From Octopus sinensis (taxonomy: Eukaryota), in NCBI RefSeq assembly GCF_006345805.1, contig NC_043016.1, positions 20,212,001 through 20,276,000 of the forward strand: a stretch of 64,000 nucleotides of DNA. The letters run 5' to 3'. Below are positions 1-11,777 of this stretch, in pieces; the first letter of the stretch is position 1; each line of letters starts with the position of its first letter. The notes beneath the pieces were generated by a model, which had not been told where the DNA came from, searched no databases, and saw nothing but the letters and a program-made list of their open reading frames with translations. A program made the position numbers and the translations under genes.

Positions 1-1044
1 ACATACATTTTTGTGATGACTGATACACACAGGGACAGAAATAGGCTTACGGTGTGCATCAATGTATGTGTGCATGTGTGTGTTAGTTTATGTTTGTAAC
101 TTTCTCCTGCCCAACAGTGAAGTTCACCAATATTGAATGTTTCGTTGTGGCCAGAAATTTAAACAAATAACAACGTTGACTTTCAAGTACTACCAACATG
201 AAGATTTTTTTTTTATTTAAGTCCACTCGCAATACTTGCAAATATATCAGTAAAAAAGATATTATTCTGGTTATTATAATAAATTTGGAAACTTGGCAAA
301 GTAGAAAGCCTCTTCCAATATAATTGCAGAAATGTTATTCCACTCCTTCTAACCAGTTTCAAGATAATTTTTAACAGTTCTCCTAAGCTTCTTCACCACT
401 GTGAGTATCAACGTCGCACAACCTTTTTTACTGCATCAGTCAGTATTTATTCTACAGCCTATAATGTTACACAGTTAAAAAATATGTAGTAATGTCAAAT
501 GAATTTATATTTTGCTACATACATCCTTCAGCAAATATTTGAAATTAACGTTCACAACAGTGTCTTCCTTTCTATACACATGGTTCAACGTTCATTTCAA
601 AATTGTAAAATAGATTATTTTTGTTTGAAAAATTTAATTTTTTTTCTTGGACTTTCACTTTCTTCACCATGATATTCAATTGTTCCAAATAAATGTTGAT
701 TTTCTATACTTTCTTACATTGGTGACATATACTAACTTTTGCTAAATTGATGACTTTCCATTTTTTTTTCTTTAGCATAACTATGTTACAGAAAGTATGT
801 CTTGCACCTGTATTGACTACATTTAGTAACTTTTGCTAAATTGGTGACTTTCCTTTTCTTTTTATAGATTTTGTTTCATTTAAACTTCATATGTATACAT
901 TTTGCTGTTTTCAGTATTATCAGTTCTATAAGTATATGTGTGTGTGTGTGTTTCTGCGTTCCTTATGTCTATAGTAAACTATAGTAATGAACATTTTACG
1001 CTGTTTTAATTTTTAATTTTAATTTTTATTTAAATTTAATTTTT

Positions 1045-1323
1045 TGGCTCAAAAAGCAAAAGCAAGGCCATGTAGGGGGACAGGGAGTTATGTACAGGGA
1101 GGGTGGTCATACAAAGAGTTCAGGCCATTTCTGGTCAAGAGAGACTTTGAACCGAGCGGTCGTCGGCATCTTCACTATCTCGTCTGGCAGCTTATTCCAC
1201 GGATCCGCAACCCGGACGGAGAAAGCCCCTCTCCTTCGATTGAGATGAAATTGTCATAGATAGAGTTTTTCGGAGTGACCCCGCAGCCCATGCTCTGGAG
1301 CAGGAGTGAAGAACAGTTCTTTC
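1045..1323 (-). mobile_element. CR1-clade LINE 3' fragment (ORF2 C-terminus and tail)
   Basis: Minus strand reads KELFFTPAPEHGLRGHSEKLYL..QFHLNRRRGAFSVRVADPWNKLPDEIV, the typical CR1 ORF2 C-terminal RGH..KL..R..FS.RV...WN.LP motif. Confidence 0.8.
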
Positions 1324-1389
1324 GAGAAGTTACACTTTCCGCTTATGATGTTGTGAGTGAGAATGAGATCACCACGGCGGCAGCGTTTA

Positions 1390-1700
1390 TCAAGAGAAAT
1401 GATCCTACATCTAATGAAGTAGCCATCCTTATCGTTGGTGATCTCCATGAAAATCATGATATTCTTATTTGTGTTCAAGATAACAACCTTAAACATGTTC
1501 CAATGACTCATCCCTCTTATCATGCTCTCCAGTATCCTCTTATTCTGTGGAATGGTCAAGATGGGTATTATTTCAATATTCCATGGATTGAACCTGCAAT
1601 AGGGTAGCCAATTACAAGCAAAAAGGTGTCGTCGTCAAATGACTTCTATTCTTACCAACTGATTTTAAGACCAGAACAATCAAATCAATTTCACGTGTCA
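1390..1700 (+). mobile_element. Helitron Rep/helicase coding fragment (pseudogenised)
   Basis: PTSNEVAILIVGD..HDILI...HPSYHALQYPLILWNGQDGY...KKVS..DFYSYQL matches Helitron Rep motifs (PT.NEVA, SYD.LQYPL); in-frame stop at 1607. Confidence 0.8.
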
Positions 1701-2046
1701 AATAAACTTTATTTTCATTTACATATTTTCTATGTTACCTTAACAACTAGCTAAATTTATTTCAAATACACTTCTCTAAAACGATCAGGTTTCATTAGAA
1801 AAAGGAAAATTGATTTACTTTCGATTTACCTAAATTACAAAATGTTGCATTACGAGAGTGATGACGTGGGAATAAGGAAAGTAATGTTTCTCTGAATTAG
1901 TCACATCTGCTTATCTATCTACCAAATAAACTATGTTTTTGACTCAACAACTCTTTTTTACAACTAAAATAACCTTGGTAACTAGATTAGGTTGCACAAT
2001 TTTGAGGTCATATTCAGTCAATATTTCGATTTGCTTCTAATGTTTC

Positions 2047-2077
<31 letters not shown>

Positions 2078-2247
2078 CTTCTTCTTCTTCTTCTTCTTCA
2101 TCATCATCATCTCCTCCTCCTCTTCCTCCTTCTCCTTCTCCTTCTCCTTCTTCTTCTTCTCTCCTCCTCCTCCTCCTCCTCCTCCTCCTCCTTCTTCTTC
2201 TTCTTCTTCTTCTTCTTCTTCTTCTTCTTCTTCTTCTTCTTCTTCTT
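2047..2247. repeat. Compound trinucleotide microsatellite (CTT/CAT/CCT)
   Basis: Directly visible blocks of (CTT)n, (CAT)n, (CCT)n, (CTTCTC)n, (CCT)n and (CTT)n. Confidence 0.97.
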
Positions 2248-3428
2248 GAGTCTTGTTTTTTACAACATGCTTTCACTGCACTACTGAGTGCAACTCTGTG
2301 TACCTTGGGTATGTGCTGTGAGTTGTTGTGGTGCTCTTATTTTCACTGCATTGAAAGTGCTTTACGTAGGATGTGCATGGTGCCTAGTTGTGCTATTTTC
2401 TGTATGTTATATATATTCGTAAGTCCTGGTGTTTTGGTTATGTATTTGTCTGAATGATTTTTAATCATTATTGTTATTATAGGGATTGTTTCTGTTTTTA
2501 GGCTCCAGATTCGACTTAGCTCTATTTCCAGATCTTTGTATTTTGAGAGTTTCTGTGTTTCTTTTAGAGATACATTGTCATTTTTTGGTATTGATACACC
2601 GATTAGAAGGCATTTTTTCTTGCTGATCTCTGACAACTATATCTGGTCTATTAGCCTTGACTCCTCTATATGTATCTATTGGCATGTCCCAGAGTATGGT
2701 TCCTTTGTAATTTTCTGGGGTGTGCCTGTACCAACTTTTTTTATGTTATCATTCCATAGTGTTGATATAGCTTCCAGTGCATATAAGTCCCAATTCTGTT
2801 ATGCCTGTGGATCTATTCTTTCTTAGCCAGGTCTGGGCAGCCAGAGGCAATATGATTTATTGTTTCTTTCCTATCACCATATATTTTGCAGTTACTTGTG
2901 GTATTTTTCTTCATCATGTGTTTCTGATGATGTCTGGTAGATAGGTTTTGATCTTGTGCTGTAATGAAAAAAATCCTTCTGTCTCTGCTTTGATTCCTGA
3001 ACTTCTCAGCCATTGTTGGAACTTTGTCTATTTCTTTTCTGTTTAGCTTTCTCCAATAATTGCTCTGTAAGGGCTTTTCTTGCCATCATTTTATCATGAT
3101 ACTTTGTTGTCCCAGTTTTAGTTTGGATTCCAATTGCTTTACAGTTTTTGTTGTTTCCTATTCTACTTCATAGTTGTCAGGTACTCTGACTTCTTCTTGT
3201 ATTTTTCAGCTTCCTCAAAGACAGAAAACAGTGTTTTGTTTTGCTTCTGTTTTGTGGCTATTTGTACCAGTTTACTTTGCTTCTGAATTAAGTATTTCTG
3301 TAATCCTATGGTGGTAATTCTCTAAAAGTTTTTTTTAGCTGTATGAAACCTCTACAACCTTCAGTACATTCCATATATAACTGTTCTGTGTCAGATTTTG
3401 GGTGGTGCATCCTAAATTCTGTCATTAT
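2248..3428 (-). mobile_element. R4/Dong-like non-LTR retrotransposon, 3' part with restriction-like endonuclease (decayed)
   Basis: AQDQNLSTRHHQKH..ETINHIASGCPDLAKKE (CCHC region) and CLLIGVSIP..KETQKLSKYKDLEIELSRIW (PD-(D/E)xK RLE region); 3' end abuts the (AAG)n tract. Confidence 0.8.
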
Positions 3429-3515
3429 TTTTCTTGTTTTCCTGTCTAGTTTTGTTATAAGAATATCATACAAATTTCAGGTCTTTATGTCTATAGTAGA
3501 AAGGCTTATTACCAA

Positions 3516-4105
3516 GGTGGCAAACTGGCAGAATTGTTAGCATGTTGGGCAAAATACTTAGCAGTATTTCATTTATTTTTACATCCTAGGTTCAAATTCC
3601 ACTGAGGTTGACTTTGCTTTTCATTCCTTTGAAGTTAATGAAATAAAAATCCGTTAAGCATAAGGGTTAATATAATTGACTAGCTCCCCACCACTAATTT
3701 CATGCTTTGTACCTATAGTAGAAAGGATTAGTGGTATTTCATCCATCACTAAGCTCAAAGGATTAACGGTATTTTACCTGTCACTACACCAAGGTTGACT
3801 TTGCCTTTCATCCTTTTGGGGACGATAAATCAAGTACCAATTGTGTATTGGGGTCAATCTAATTGATTGGCCCTTTTCCCCAAAATTTCAGGTCTTGTGC
3901 CTAGAGTAGAAAGGATTATTATTGTTATTATTCAGGTGGCAAGCTGCTACACAAAATGCCTTGTGGCATTTCATTTGATATTATATTTTGAGTTCAAATT
4001 TTGCTGAGGTCAACTTTGCCTTTCGTCTTTTCAGAGTACCAGTTGAGCATTGGGGTTGATGTAGACTATACCTCTCCTCCAAAATTTCAGACCTTGTTTT
4101 CATTT
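3516..4105 (+). mobile_element. Cluster of three old family-A SINE copies
   Basis: Repeated ggtggc.agctggcagaa..gttcaaatt..gaggttgactttgcctttcatcc..gtagaaaggattatt modules with (ATT)n tails. Confidence 0.75.
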
Positions 4106-4627
4106 TCCAATTGTTTATCCTTTGTTCTTCATCTTATTTTTAAAATTGTTTATGGGTGCATCATATTTTCGGTAGGTATTGTATTATTTCTAACAGTGGC
4201 AAGCAAGGATTAACCCTGCTGTTTGACGTACCATCCCAGACTGCTCTTCTCATTGGCAACACAGATCTTGTATCCTATGAGGTATCTTTCTCCCTTGTTC
4301 CTAGGCACATGCAGTCTATCAATATTGCACTTTGGGAGCAGTTCCTTATTACTATTATTATTATTATTATTATGATTAGTGCAATAAAGTTTTGTGGTTT
4401 CCTATTTGCAACCAAATTATTGTTGATTTTGTCTTAGGGGTTTGTTAGTTACAATTGTAATTGAATAGTTTATGGTAGAGCTGACCTGGAACTGAGGGGA
4501 GTGGGGCTTTTTTGTGTTGATCCCTATAAGCAGTCAAATTTGTAGAAACTTTTTTGGATAAATTTTGTTGAAAGAGAGAGAAAAAAAAAGAAAACCATAA
4601 AAAAAAAAATGTGTACCATAGAGCCAA

Positions 4628-4825
4628 AATCACAGTCAATGAGGATGAGAGGAAACATTTTTTCAAGATTAGAATTGCTGAAGCTTGGAATAAACTACCC
4701 ACATCAGTTGTTAGCTGTCAAGACACTACATCCTACAAAACTTCTATGCTTCCTGAGATTCGCCAACAGTACACCTAATGCCTTTTTTTTCAGTTGTAGT
4801 GTATCTGAGCACTGTATACAATAAT
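4628..4825 (+). mobile_element. CR1 LINE 3' tail fragment (same family as 40336-41955)
   Basis: gcttggaataaactacc..gcttcctgagattcgccaac..gagcactgtatacaat matches the reverse complement of 40360-40540. Confidence 0.8.
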
Positions 4826-5166
4826 TTCAGTTGTGTTTGTCCATGAACAAGATATCTCAAGAACCGCTGGATTTGGATGAAACTTTCAGGGATGTTTGTT
4901 CTTGTGACTGGTGTGAACTGATTAGATTTTGGGATCAACCTGGTACCAGACAAGGATTCTGCATTATTTTTCTGGGGGTTTTTTTTGCTCAATTTTTGAG
5001 AGCGGTTGGGTTCATTTTTTGTATTCTTGTTTGTGAGAACATTCATGTTTATTTCAAATATTCTCATTCTAAAAATTATCTCTGGCTAATCGTTGAGAGG
5101 ACATTAGTATTACCTTGGTGGTGGTTTGTGCTCTCTGGGTGCTCTTGTTATCATCATCATCATTAA

Positions 5167-5385
5167 GGTGGCGAGCTGGCAGAATCATTAGTGTGCCAGA
5201 CAAAATGCTTAGTGGCATTTCGTCTGTCTTTATGTTCTGAGTTCAAATTCCACCAAGGTTGACTTTGCTTTTCATCCTTTTAGGGTCAATAAAATAAGCG
5301 CCAGTTGCACACAGGGGTCAATGTAATCAACTAGTCCCCTCACCCAAAATTTCAGGCCTTGTGCCTTTAGTAGAAAGGACTATTG
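5167..5385 (+). mobile_element. Family-A SINE (old subfamily)
   Basis: ggtggcgagctggcagaatcattag head, gttcaaattcc B-box-like motif, gtagaaagga tail. Confidence 0.8.
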
Positions 5386-5984
5386 TTATTATAAAGGACG
5401 AGGAAAATGAAGTACTGAAGAAAATTCTCTTCACTGAGAGAATGGAAGAGAAGCTAGCAGTAACAACAACAATATCAATATCTCCAGCAGTGGCAGCTGC
5501 CAGTAGCAATAAGCAACGATAGTGGCATATCCACTACCAGCAGCACCAGAAACATCAACATTACTCCTGAAATACAAGTAAAGTCAATGACCAATAGGAT
5601 TACTAACTCTGGTATTGTTGCCATGAAAACTTGTGGCATTAACAGCAGCAATGAAGGAAATGCAACCTGCTCTAATGTTCCAGAGAAGAGCTGTGAGCAA
5701 TCAATACTGTTGTCATGAATGGCTGTAGTAACAAGATCGCCATCAAACACAGCAAATAGACATCAGGACAAAAAAAAATTTTGTGTAAAATAAGTGCATT
5801 TCATTTTATATATCATCATCACCACCAGCACCAGAATGAGAACCGCTGCCACCAATGCAACTGCCACCACCGCCGCTGCCACCACCACCATTGTCGTTTC
5901 AATGCCCACTTTTTTCACGCTCACTTGGGTTGGACGAAATTTGCTAAGGTAGGTTTTCTGCAGCCAGGTATCTTTCTGGCTGTT

Positions 5985-6130
5985 CATCATCATTTCGTCA
6001 TGGTTCGACCGTGGTCGAGACAATGGAATTTGCCATGCTACGCCAGACTTTACGGTCCATCATAGCATTACGGAGGTTCTGTTGCTGGATGCCTTTATCC
6101 CTGGAGATTACATCAGGGTAGGAGAGTGGC
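5985..6130 (-). mobile_element. RTEX-like LINE 3' fragment (same family as 23410-23890)
   Basis: gtggtcgagacaatggaattt..catagcattacggaggt..ccctggagattacatcagggtaggagagt nearly matches 23440-23556. Confidence 0.8.
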
Positions 6131-6694
6131 TGTTAACACTTACCTGTTCTTAGATAAAGCAATATTTCTTCAAGGCCAGATATGTTTTAATGGAAGTTTG
6201 GAAATGAAGAACATCACTTGTATGATGGTGGCACTCATTCACAACAACTGTGCAATGTTAAGCAGACATTATCTCACACATGCACACGTATAGATGACAG
6301 TATCAGGCTTCTTTCAGTTTCCGTCTACTAAACTCACTCACAAGGCTTAGGTTGGTCCAGGATGATGGAAGTAAGCACTTGTCTGTCTCTCCATCCATCC
6401 ATCCACCCATTCATCCATCCATCCATGCACCCATCGTCCCATGCATGCATAAATATGGAGTGAGAATGAGAACATTATTAAAATAATGCTCTCTCTCTCT
6501 CTCTCTCTCTCTGCTCCCATAGTTGCATAGATGGACTGTTATGGCTCTAGTTAATTCTTATTCAGTATTTTCAACCTTCTTAGGTATTTTCAACCTTCTT
6601 ATTTTCAACCTTCTTAGGTTGAAATTCAAGTCTTACTTGTATATTTCATGCTAACTATTCTGCTAGCTCACTGCCTTAAATATTACTATTGTTA

Positions 6695-6737
<43 letters not shown>

Positions 6738-6764
6738 CAATTATTGTTGTTGTTGCTGTCAAAG

Positions 6765-7140
6765 CAATGAGCTGGCAGAACCATTAGCATGCTAGACAAA
6801 ATGCCGAGTGATATTTCACCTGTTGCTATGTTCTGAGTCCAAGTTTCAATGAGGTCGACTTTGCCTTTCATCTTTTCAGATATGATAAAATAAGTACCAG
6901 TTAAACACTGGGGTTGATGTAATCGACTCATCTCCTCCTCCAGAATTGCTGCCCTTGTGGCAAAATTTGAAACCATAATTATTATTATTGTTGTTGCCAT
7001 TCCACTGAGGTCATCTTTACCTCCATCCCTTCAGGATCAATAAAATAAGTACCAGTTGAGTACTGGGGTCAATGTAATTAACTTCTTTCCTACCACGAAA
7101 TTGCTGGCCTTGTGCCAAGATTTGAAACTATTATTATTAT
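6765..7140 (+). mobile_element. Two family-A SINE copies (one 5'-truncated)
   Basis: gagctggcagaaaccattagc head and two aagtaccag..ctggggt..aaattgctg tails ending in (ATT)n. Confidence 0.75.
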
Positions 7141-7152
7141 TGTTATCAATAA

Positions 7153-9185
7153 CCTGTTGGATCAGGTGATGATGGTGTTGGATCAGGTGATGATGTTGGA
7201 TCAGGTGATGAAGGTTACAGAGAGGGTCATAAGCCAACTAATTAGAGAGAGAGTTAGTTTAGATGAGATGCAGTTTGGTTTTGTGCCAGGGAAAAGTACC
7301 ACTGATGCTATATTCTGGTAAGGCAGCTGCAGGAGAAATACCTAGCCAAAGATAAGGCCCTGTACCTGGCTTTTGTTGACATGGAGAAAGCTTTCGACAG
7401 GGTCCCCCGATCCCTCATATGGTGGTCAATGAGGAAACTAGGAATAGAAGAATGGTTAGTGAGAGCTGTGCAAGCCATGTACAGGACGCTGCTAGTAAGG
7501 TGAGGGTTGAAATGAGTACAGTGAAGAATTCCGGGTAGAGGTAAGGGTCCACCAAGGCTCAGTCCTCAGCCCCCTCCTATTTATCATAGTCCTCCAGGCA
7601 ATAACGGAGGAATTCAAGACAGGATGCCCCTGGGAGCTCCTCTATGCTGATGACCTTGCTCTAATTGCTGAGTCATTATCAGAACTGGAGAAGAAGTTTC
7701 AGGTGTGGAAGCATGGTTTAGAATCGAAGGGCCTTAGAGTCAACCTAGCTAAAACCAAAGTCCTAATAAGTAGGAAGGTAGACAAATCACAAACGCCTTC
7801 AGGTAGATGGCCCTGCTCGATCTGTAGAAAAGGTGTAGGTAGAAACTCTATAAGATGCACCAAGTGTAAGCTATGGACACATAAGAGGTGCAGCAATGTC
7901 ATAGGAAGGCTAACTAGGAAGATGGTTTTTGTATGTGGCAGATGCTCGGGAGCATTAACCTCTGAAAATCTGCAGAAAACAACTTCCGTCACTTTCCAGG
8001 GGGAAAAACTAGAAGTAGTTGATAGCTTCCGTTATCTTGGTGACCAAGTCAGTAGTAGGGGTGGGTGTGCTGAAAGTGTAACGGCTAGAGTAAGAATAGC
8101 CTGGGCAAAGTTTAGGGAGCTCTTACCTCTGTTGGTGACTAAAGGTCTCTCGCTCAGAGTAAAAGGCAGACTGTATGATGCATGTGTACGAACAGCCATG
8201 CTACATGGCAGTGAAACATGGGCCGTGACTGCTGAGGACATGCGTAAGCTCGCGAGAAATGAAGCTAGTATGCTCCGTTGGATGTGTAATGTCAGTGTTC
8301 ATAGTCGACAGAGTGTAAGTACCTTGAGAGAAAGGTTGGACCTAAGAGGAATCAGATGTTGTGTGCAAGAGAGACGATTGCGCTGGTATGGTCATGTAGT
8401 GAGAATGGATGAAGATAGGTGTGTGAAAAAGTGCCACACCCTGGCAGTTGAGGGGACCTGTGGAAGAGGTAGACCCAGGAAAACCTGGGTCGAGGTGGTG
8501 AAGCACGACTTTCGAACTCTAGGTCTCACCAAGGAAATGACCAGAGACCGAGACCTATGGAAGTATGCTGTGCGTGAGAAGACCCGGCAAGACCAGTGAG
8601 AACAATCAAAATCAAATCATATATCAGAAAGCAGGGGTTAAGTGACCCATCCGTTCGTGTCCGCTGTCAGCCTCGTCTGGCACCCGTGCCGGTGATACGT
8701 AAAAGCACCATTCGCTCATGGCTGTTTGCCAGCTCTGCCTGGCCCCGTGTCGGTGGCACGTAAAAGCACCATCCGTTCGTGTCTGTTGCCAGCCTCGGCT
8801 GGCCCCCGTGCCGGTGGCACGTAAAAGCACCGTCCATTCGTGGCCGGTTGCCAGCTCTGTCTGGCCCCGTGTCGGTGGCACGTAAAAGCACCATCCGTTC
8901 GTGTCTGTTGCCAGCATCGCCTGGCCCCGTGCCGGTGACACGTAAAAGCACCATCCGTTCGTGGCCGTTCGCCAGCTCTGTCTGGCACCTGTGCAGGTGG
9001 TACGTAAAAAACACCCACTACACTCGCGGAGTGGTTGGCGTTAGGAAGGGCATCCAGCCGTAAAAACACTGCCAGATCTGACTGGGCCTGACGAAGCCTT
9101 CCAGCTTCACAGACCCCAGTTGACCCGTCCAACCCATGCTAGCATGGAAAGCGGACGCTAAACGATGATGATGATGATGATGATG
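7153..9185 (+). mobile_element. RTE-clade LINE, 5'-truncated: RT domain, 3' UTR and (GAT)n tail
   Basis: EMQFGFVPGKSTTDAIF, AFVDMEKAFDRVPR, HQGSVLSPLLF, LLYADDL, RRLRWYGHV..GRGRPRKTW. Frameshifts near 7316 and 7485; open C-terminal ORF 7703-8599; tail ccaacccatgctagcatggaaagcggacgctaaac(gat)n. Confidence 0.95.
8648..9010 (+). repeat. Six ~60-bp tandem units in the RTE 3' UTR (alternating A/B types)
   Basis: Unit ccatccgttcgtg..ttGCCAG-loop-CTGGCcccGTGCCggtGGCACgtaaaagca repeated six times. Confidence 0.92.
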
Positions 9186-9186
9186 A

Positions 9187-9395
9187 AGGCAGTGAGCTGG
9201 CAGAATCATTAGCACACTGGACAAAGTGCTTACTGTCTTTACATTCTGAGTTCAAATTTTAGAGGTTGACTTTGCCTCTTCTGCTTTCAGGTTTGATTAA
9301 ATAAGTACCAGTTGAGCACTGGGGTTGATGTAATTGATTATCTCACTTTACCCCAAAATTTTGGACCTTGTGTCTATAGTAGAAAGGATTATTAT
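9187..9395 (+). mobile_element. Family-A SINE (old subfamily)
   Basis: ggcagtgagctggcagaatcattagc head; gtagaaaggattattatt tail. Confidence 0.75.
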
Positions 9396-10319
9396 TGTTA
9401 TAAATTGTCATTCTATCAAAATTTGGTGTTAAAGTACAATAAAATAAAGAAAAATATATTTAATAATTTTTAAGACCAATGCTCTTTATAGTTTAGAAAA
9501 GTGAAGTGATACTTGTTAACTAATGTGAGGAGTATGGTTCAGTATTTGGCATTTTCAAAAGGAAATTTGTGTCTTTAACAACAATCACACATGAAATGTA
9601 ATAAAAATGCTCTGAATAGAGGAACATCAGTGGCTTTATAAAAAATAATTGCATTAATATTTAAAAGAACTTCAAATATTATATCTTAATGTTCAAATGT
9701 TATATTAGGAAATCTAAGAATATTTTTTTGTCTTTATAGTTGTTATTCTGGAATAAAAGAGAAATTTTTTGGTATTTTAAAAGGAAAATGTCACTGATTT
9801 CTGTAAAAAAATTTCTTTCTGAAAACTGTTTTGTATTGACCAAAATGCTTCAAAAGCATTTTTCATTCCTTTTTTTTTTTTTTTTTGCCTTTTTTTTTTT
9901 TATAAATATGTAGTGGACACACGAAAGCAGCAGTGTTGTGTATTAAACAAACTTTTAAAATAGTTCACATATGCTTGAAATGTATTTAACCATTGAAGTT
10001 TGCTGTGGAAAAAAAAAAAATTCTTGCTTTAGTCAACAGTGTTGAAACACCAACCGTCATCTCAGGGTGCCCTCTGTTGACTGTTGAATGCAATTCTGCT
10101 TGGTTATCATCAGCACCAGGTACTACAAGAATAACAGAGACAACCCTGAGACAAATTTGGAAGCTATGATTTCCTGATAGAAATTCAGCTGAAATTATCA
10201 ACTGACTGACCACCTGTAATCTGCTATGAGGCTTGAAGAAAAATATGTATTTAGAAGTGACCAAGTCAGTCAGTTACATTCAGTTTTAGTTGTTGTTGAC
10301 CTCCTCCTCCTCCTCCTCA

Positions 10320-10620
10320 TCATCATCATCATCATCGTCATCTGCTTAAGCATGATTTCTATGGCTGGATATCCTTCCCAATGCCAACCACTTTGAAGAA
10401 TCAACTGGGTGCTTTTTATGCACCATCACCAGTGATATTATGTGGCACCAGCATCAGTGCTTTATATGATGCCAGCACAGGTGCTCTTTATGTGGAACTG
10501 GCATGAGTGCTTTTTATGTGGCACTAGCATGGTTTTCTCTCTTGAGATGATGATGATGATGATGTGGCTTTTACAGGTGACTTTTACATGGCACAGGTGA
10601 CTTTTACATGGCACAGGTGT
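10320..10620 (-). mobile_element. Old RTE-type 3' tail relative
   Basis: (cat)n followed by ggctggatatccttcccaatgccaaccac and degenerate gtggcac repeats, matching the reverse complement of the RTE tail. Confidence 0.55.
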
Positions 10621-11087
10621 TTCTCACATGGCACTGAAACAGTTCTCCCTTTTTATATGGAACCGGCACAAGTTAACCAAGTTGTATATCTAAACTTTTT
10701 CAGACCACAGATTGTTTTTATGAAATTAATGGAGTTCTTCATAATTACTTCCTATTTTTCCTTCCTTCTTTCTTTTTCTAACTTTTTAAATTCCATTTGG
10801 AATATGGAGAAAATAGTGTATATAAGAAGTGTGAAAGTGCCTCAACCAAAAATTCAAATTTGCTGTAATTAATGTTGCCAACATGAAATTTATTTTATAC
10901 TAATAAAAAATAATTAAAGCTGACACCCACTCCTTTTTTTTAATTAATATCTGATAATTTAGGTTTTAATGATTCTACAAGTTTTCCATACTGTTTGTGC
11001 TGTTTTATTTCACTTCTTTTTTCTTTCACATAACGTCGGTGATTGTGTTTTTTTGCAGGGCCACCAAGATTGGTTGGTGGGAGGGAA

Positions 11088-11400
11088 AAGATCCCCTTTG
11101 GTCATGAATGACCATGAGATTGTGTCTAGAAGGTTCCCCTCCCAGGCAAAGTCTGGGCAAAATTGTTTATGGAAGGCCAGCAGTCGCCCTTGCATACCAG
11201 CCTCCTCTCTCCACACCACTGATGTTGTCCAAGGCAAAGGCAAAAGCTGATACAGCTTGGCACCTGTGACGTCACAACTCATTTCTACAGCTGAGTTAAC
11301 CGGAGCAATGTGAAATAAAGTGTCTTGCTCAAGAACACAACACACAGGCTGGTCTAGGAATCAAACTCACAACCTCATAATTGTGAGCCTGATGCTCTAG
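11088..11400 (-). mobile_element. Family-E tRNA-type SINE
   Basis: Homologous to 42917-43269; tRNA-like head followed by gtgttcttgagcaagacactttatttcac. Confidence 0.75.
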
Positions 11401-11571
11401 ATAGCCTTAAACCAAACACCTGGCCTAGATCTCTGCAAAAGAGTGAATTTCATTTAAGATCTCCAAAGATGATGAAGTGGAGTTAACCCGGTCGATAAAT
11501 TAAGCCTATCAACTAAAGAGGCTATAGTGGGTCTTGAACTCAGGAAGTAAGAAACCAGAACAAATACCTTA

Positions 11572-11777
11572 CATGGGGTTGCCGTAAAGTTCCTGGCTTT
11601 GGGTAAAAGAAAATACAGGAGGATCAGTTAATTATGATTTTATTAAACATATTCCACTCTCAGATTCACATAATTATTGCAATGGTCCTTCAGCCCTGGA
11701 AAAGAACTCGGAAAGCTGGGCCTCCAACCAGACCTTTCATTATACCTTTAAAATCAGGAACTTTCCAGCAACCCTCA
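11572..11777. mobile_element. Mariner-type MITE
   Basis: Imperfect TIRs catggggttgccgtaaagttcctggcttt / aaaatcaggaactttccagcaaccctca, flanked by TA on both sides. Confidence 0.7.

Noticed and set aside
60-900. Possible decayed transposase or Cys-rich coding region with an ~85-bp imperfect repeat
   Set aside because: All frames have frequent stops and no diagnostic motif could be identified.
1992-2276. Poly-F/S/P and poly-R/E ORFs, and similar His/Thr/Cys/Val/Tyr/Ile-rich ORFs (for example 19693-20008, 51627-52261, 60978-61530, 62936-63455)
   Set aside because: Translations of microsatellites and (CA/TA)-rich tracts, open on several frames and both strands.
5390-5740. Coding-like Ser/Thr/Asn-rich stretch
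   Set aside because: Interrupted by a stop and a frameshift, with no recognisable motif or convincing splice pair.
8648-9010. CRISPR-like array, or HDV/twister ribozyme repeats
   Set aside because: Units are contiguous without unique spacers and no cas genes are present. The GCCAGCCTCGGCTGGC segment recalls HDV P3, but no P1 partner or P1.1 pairing can be built, and the twister core is absent.
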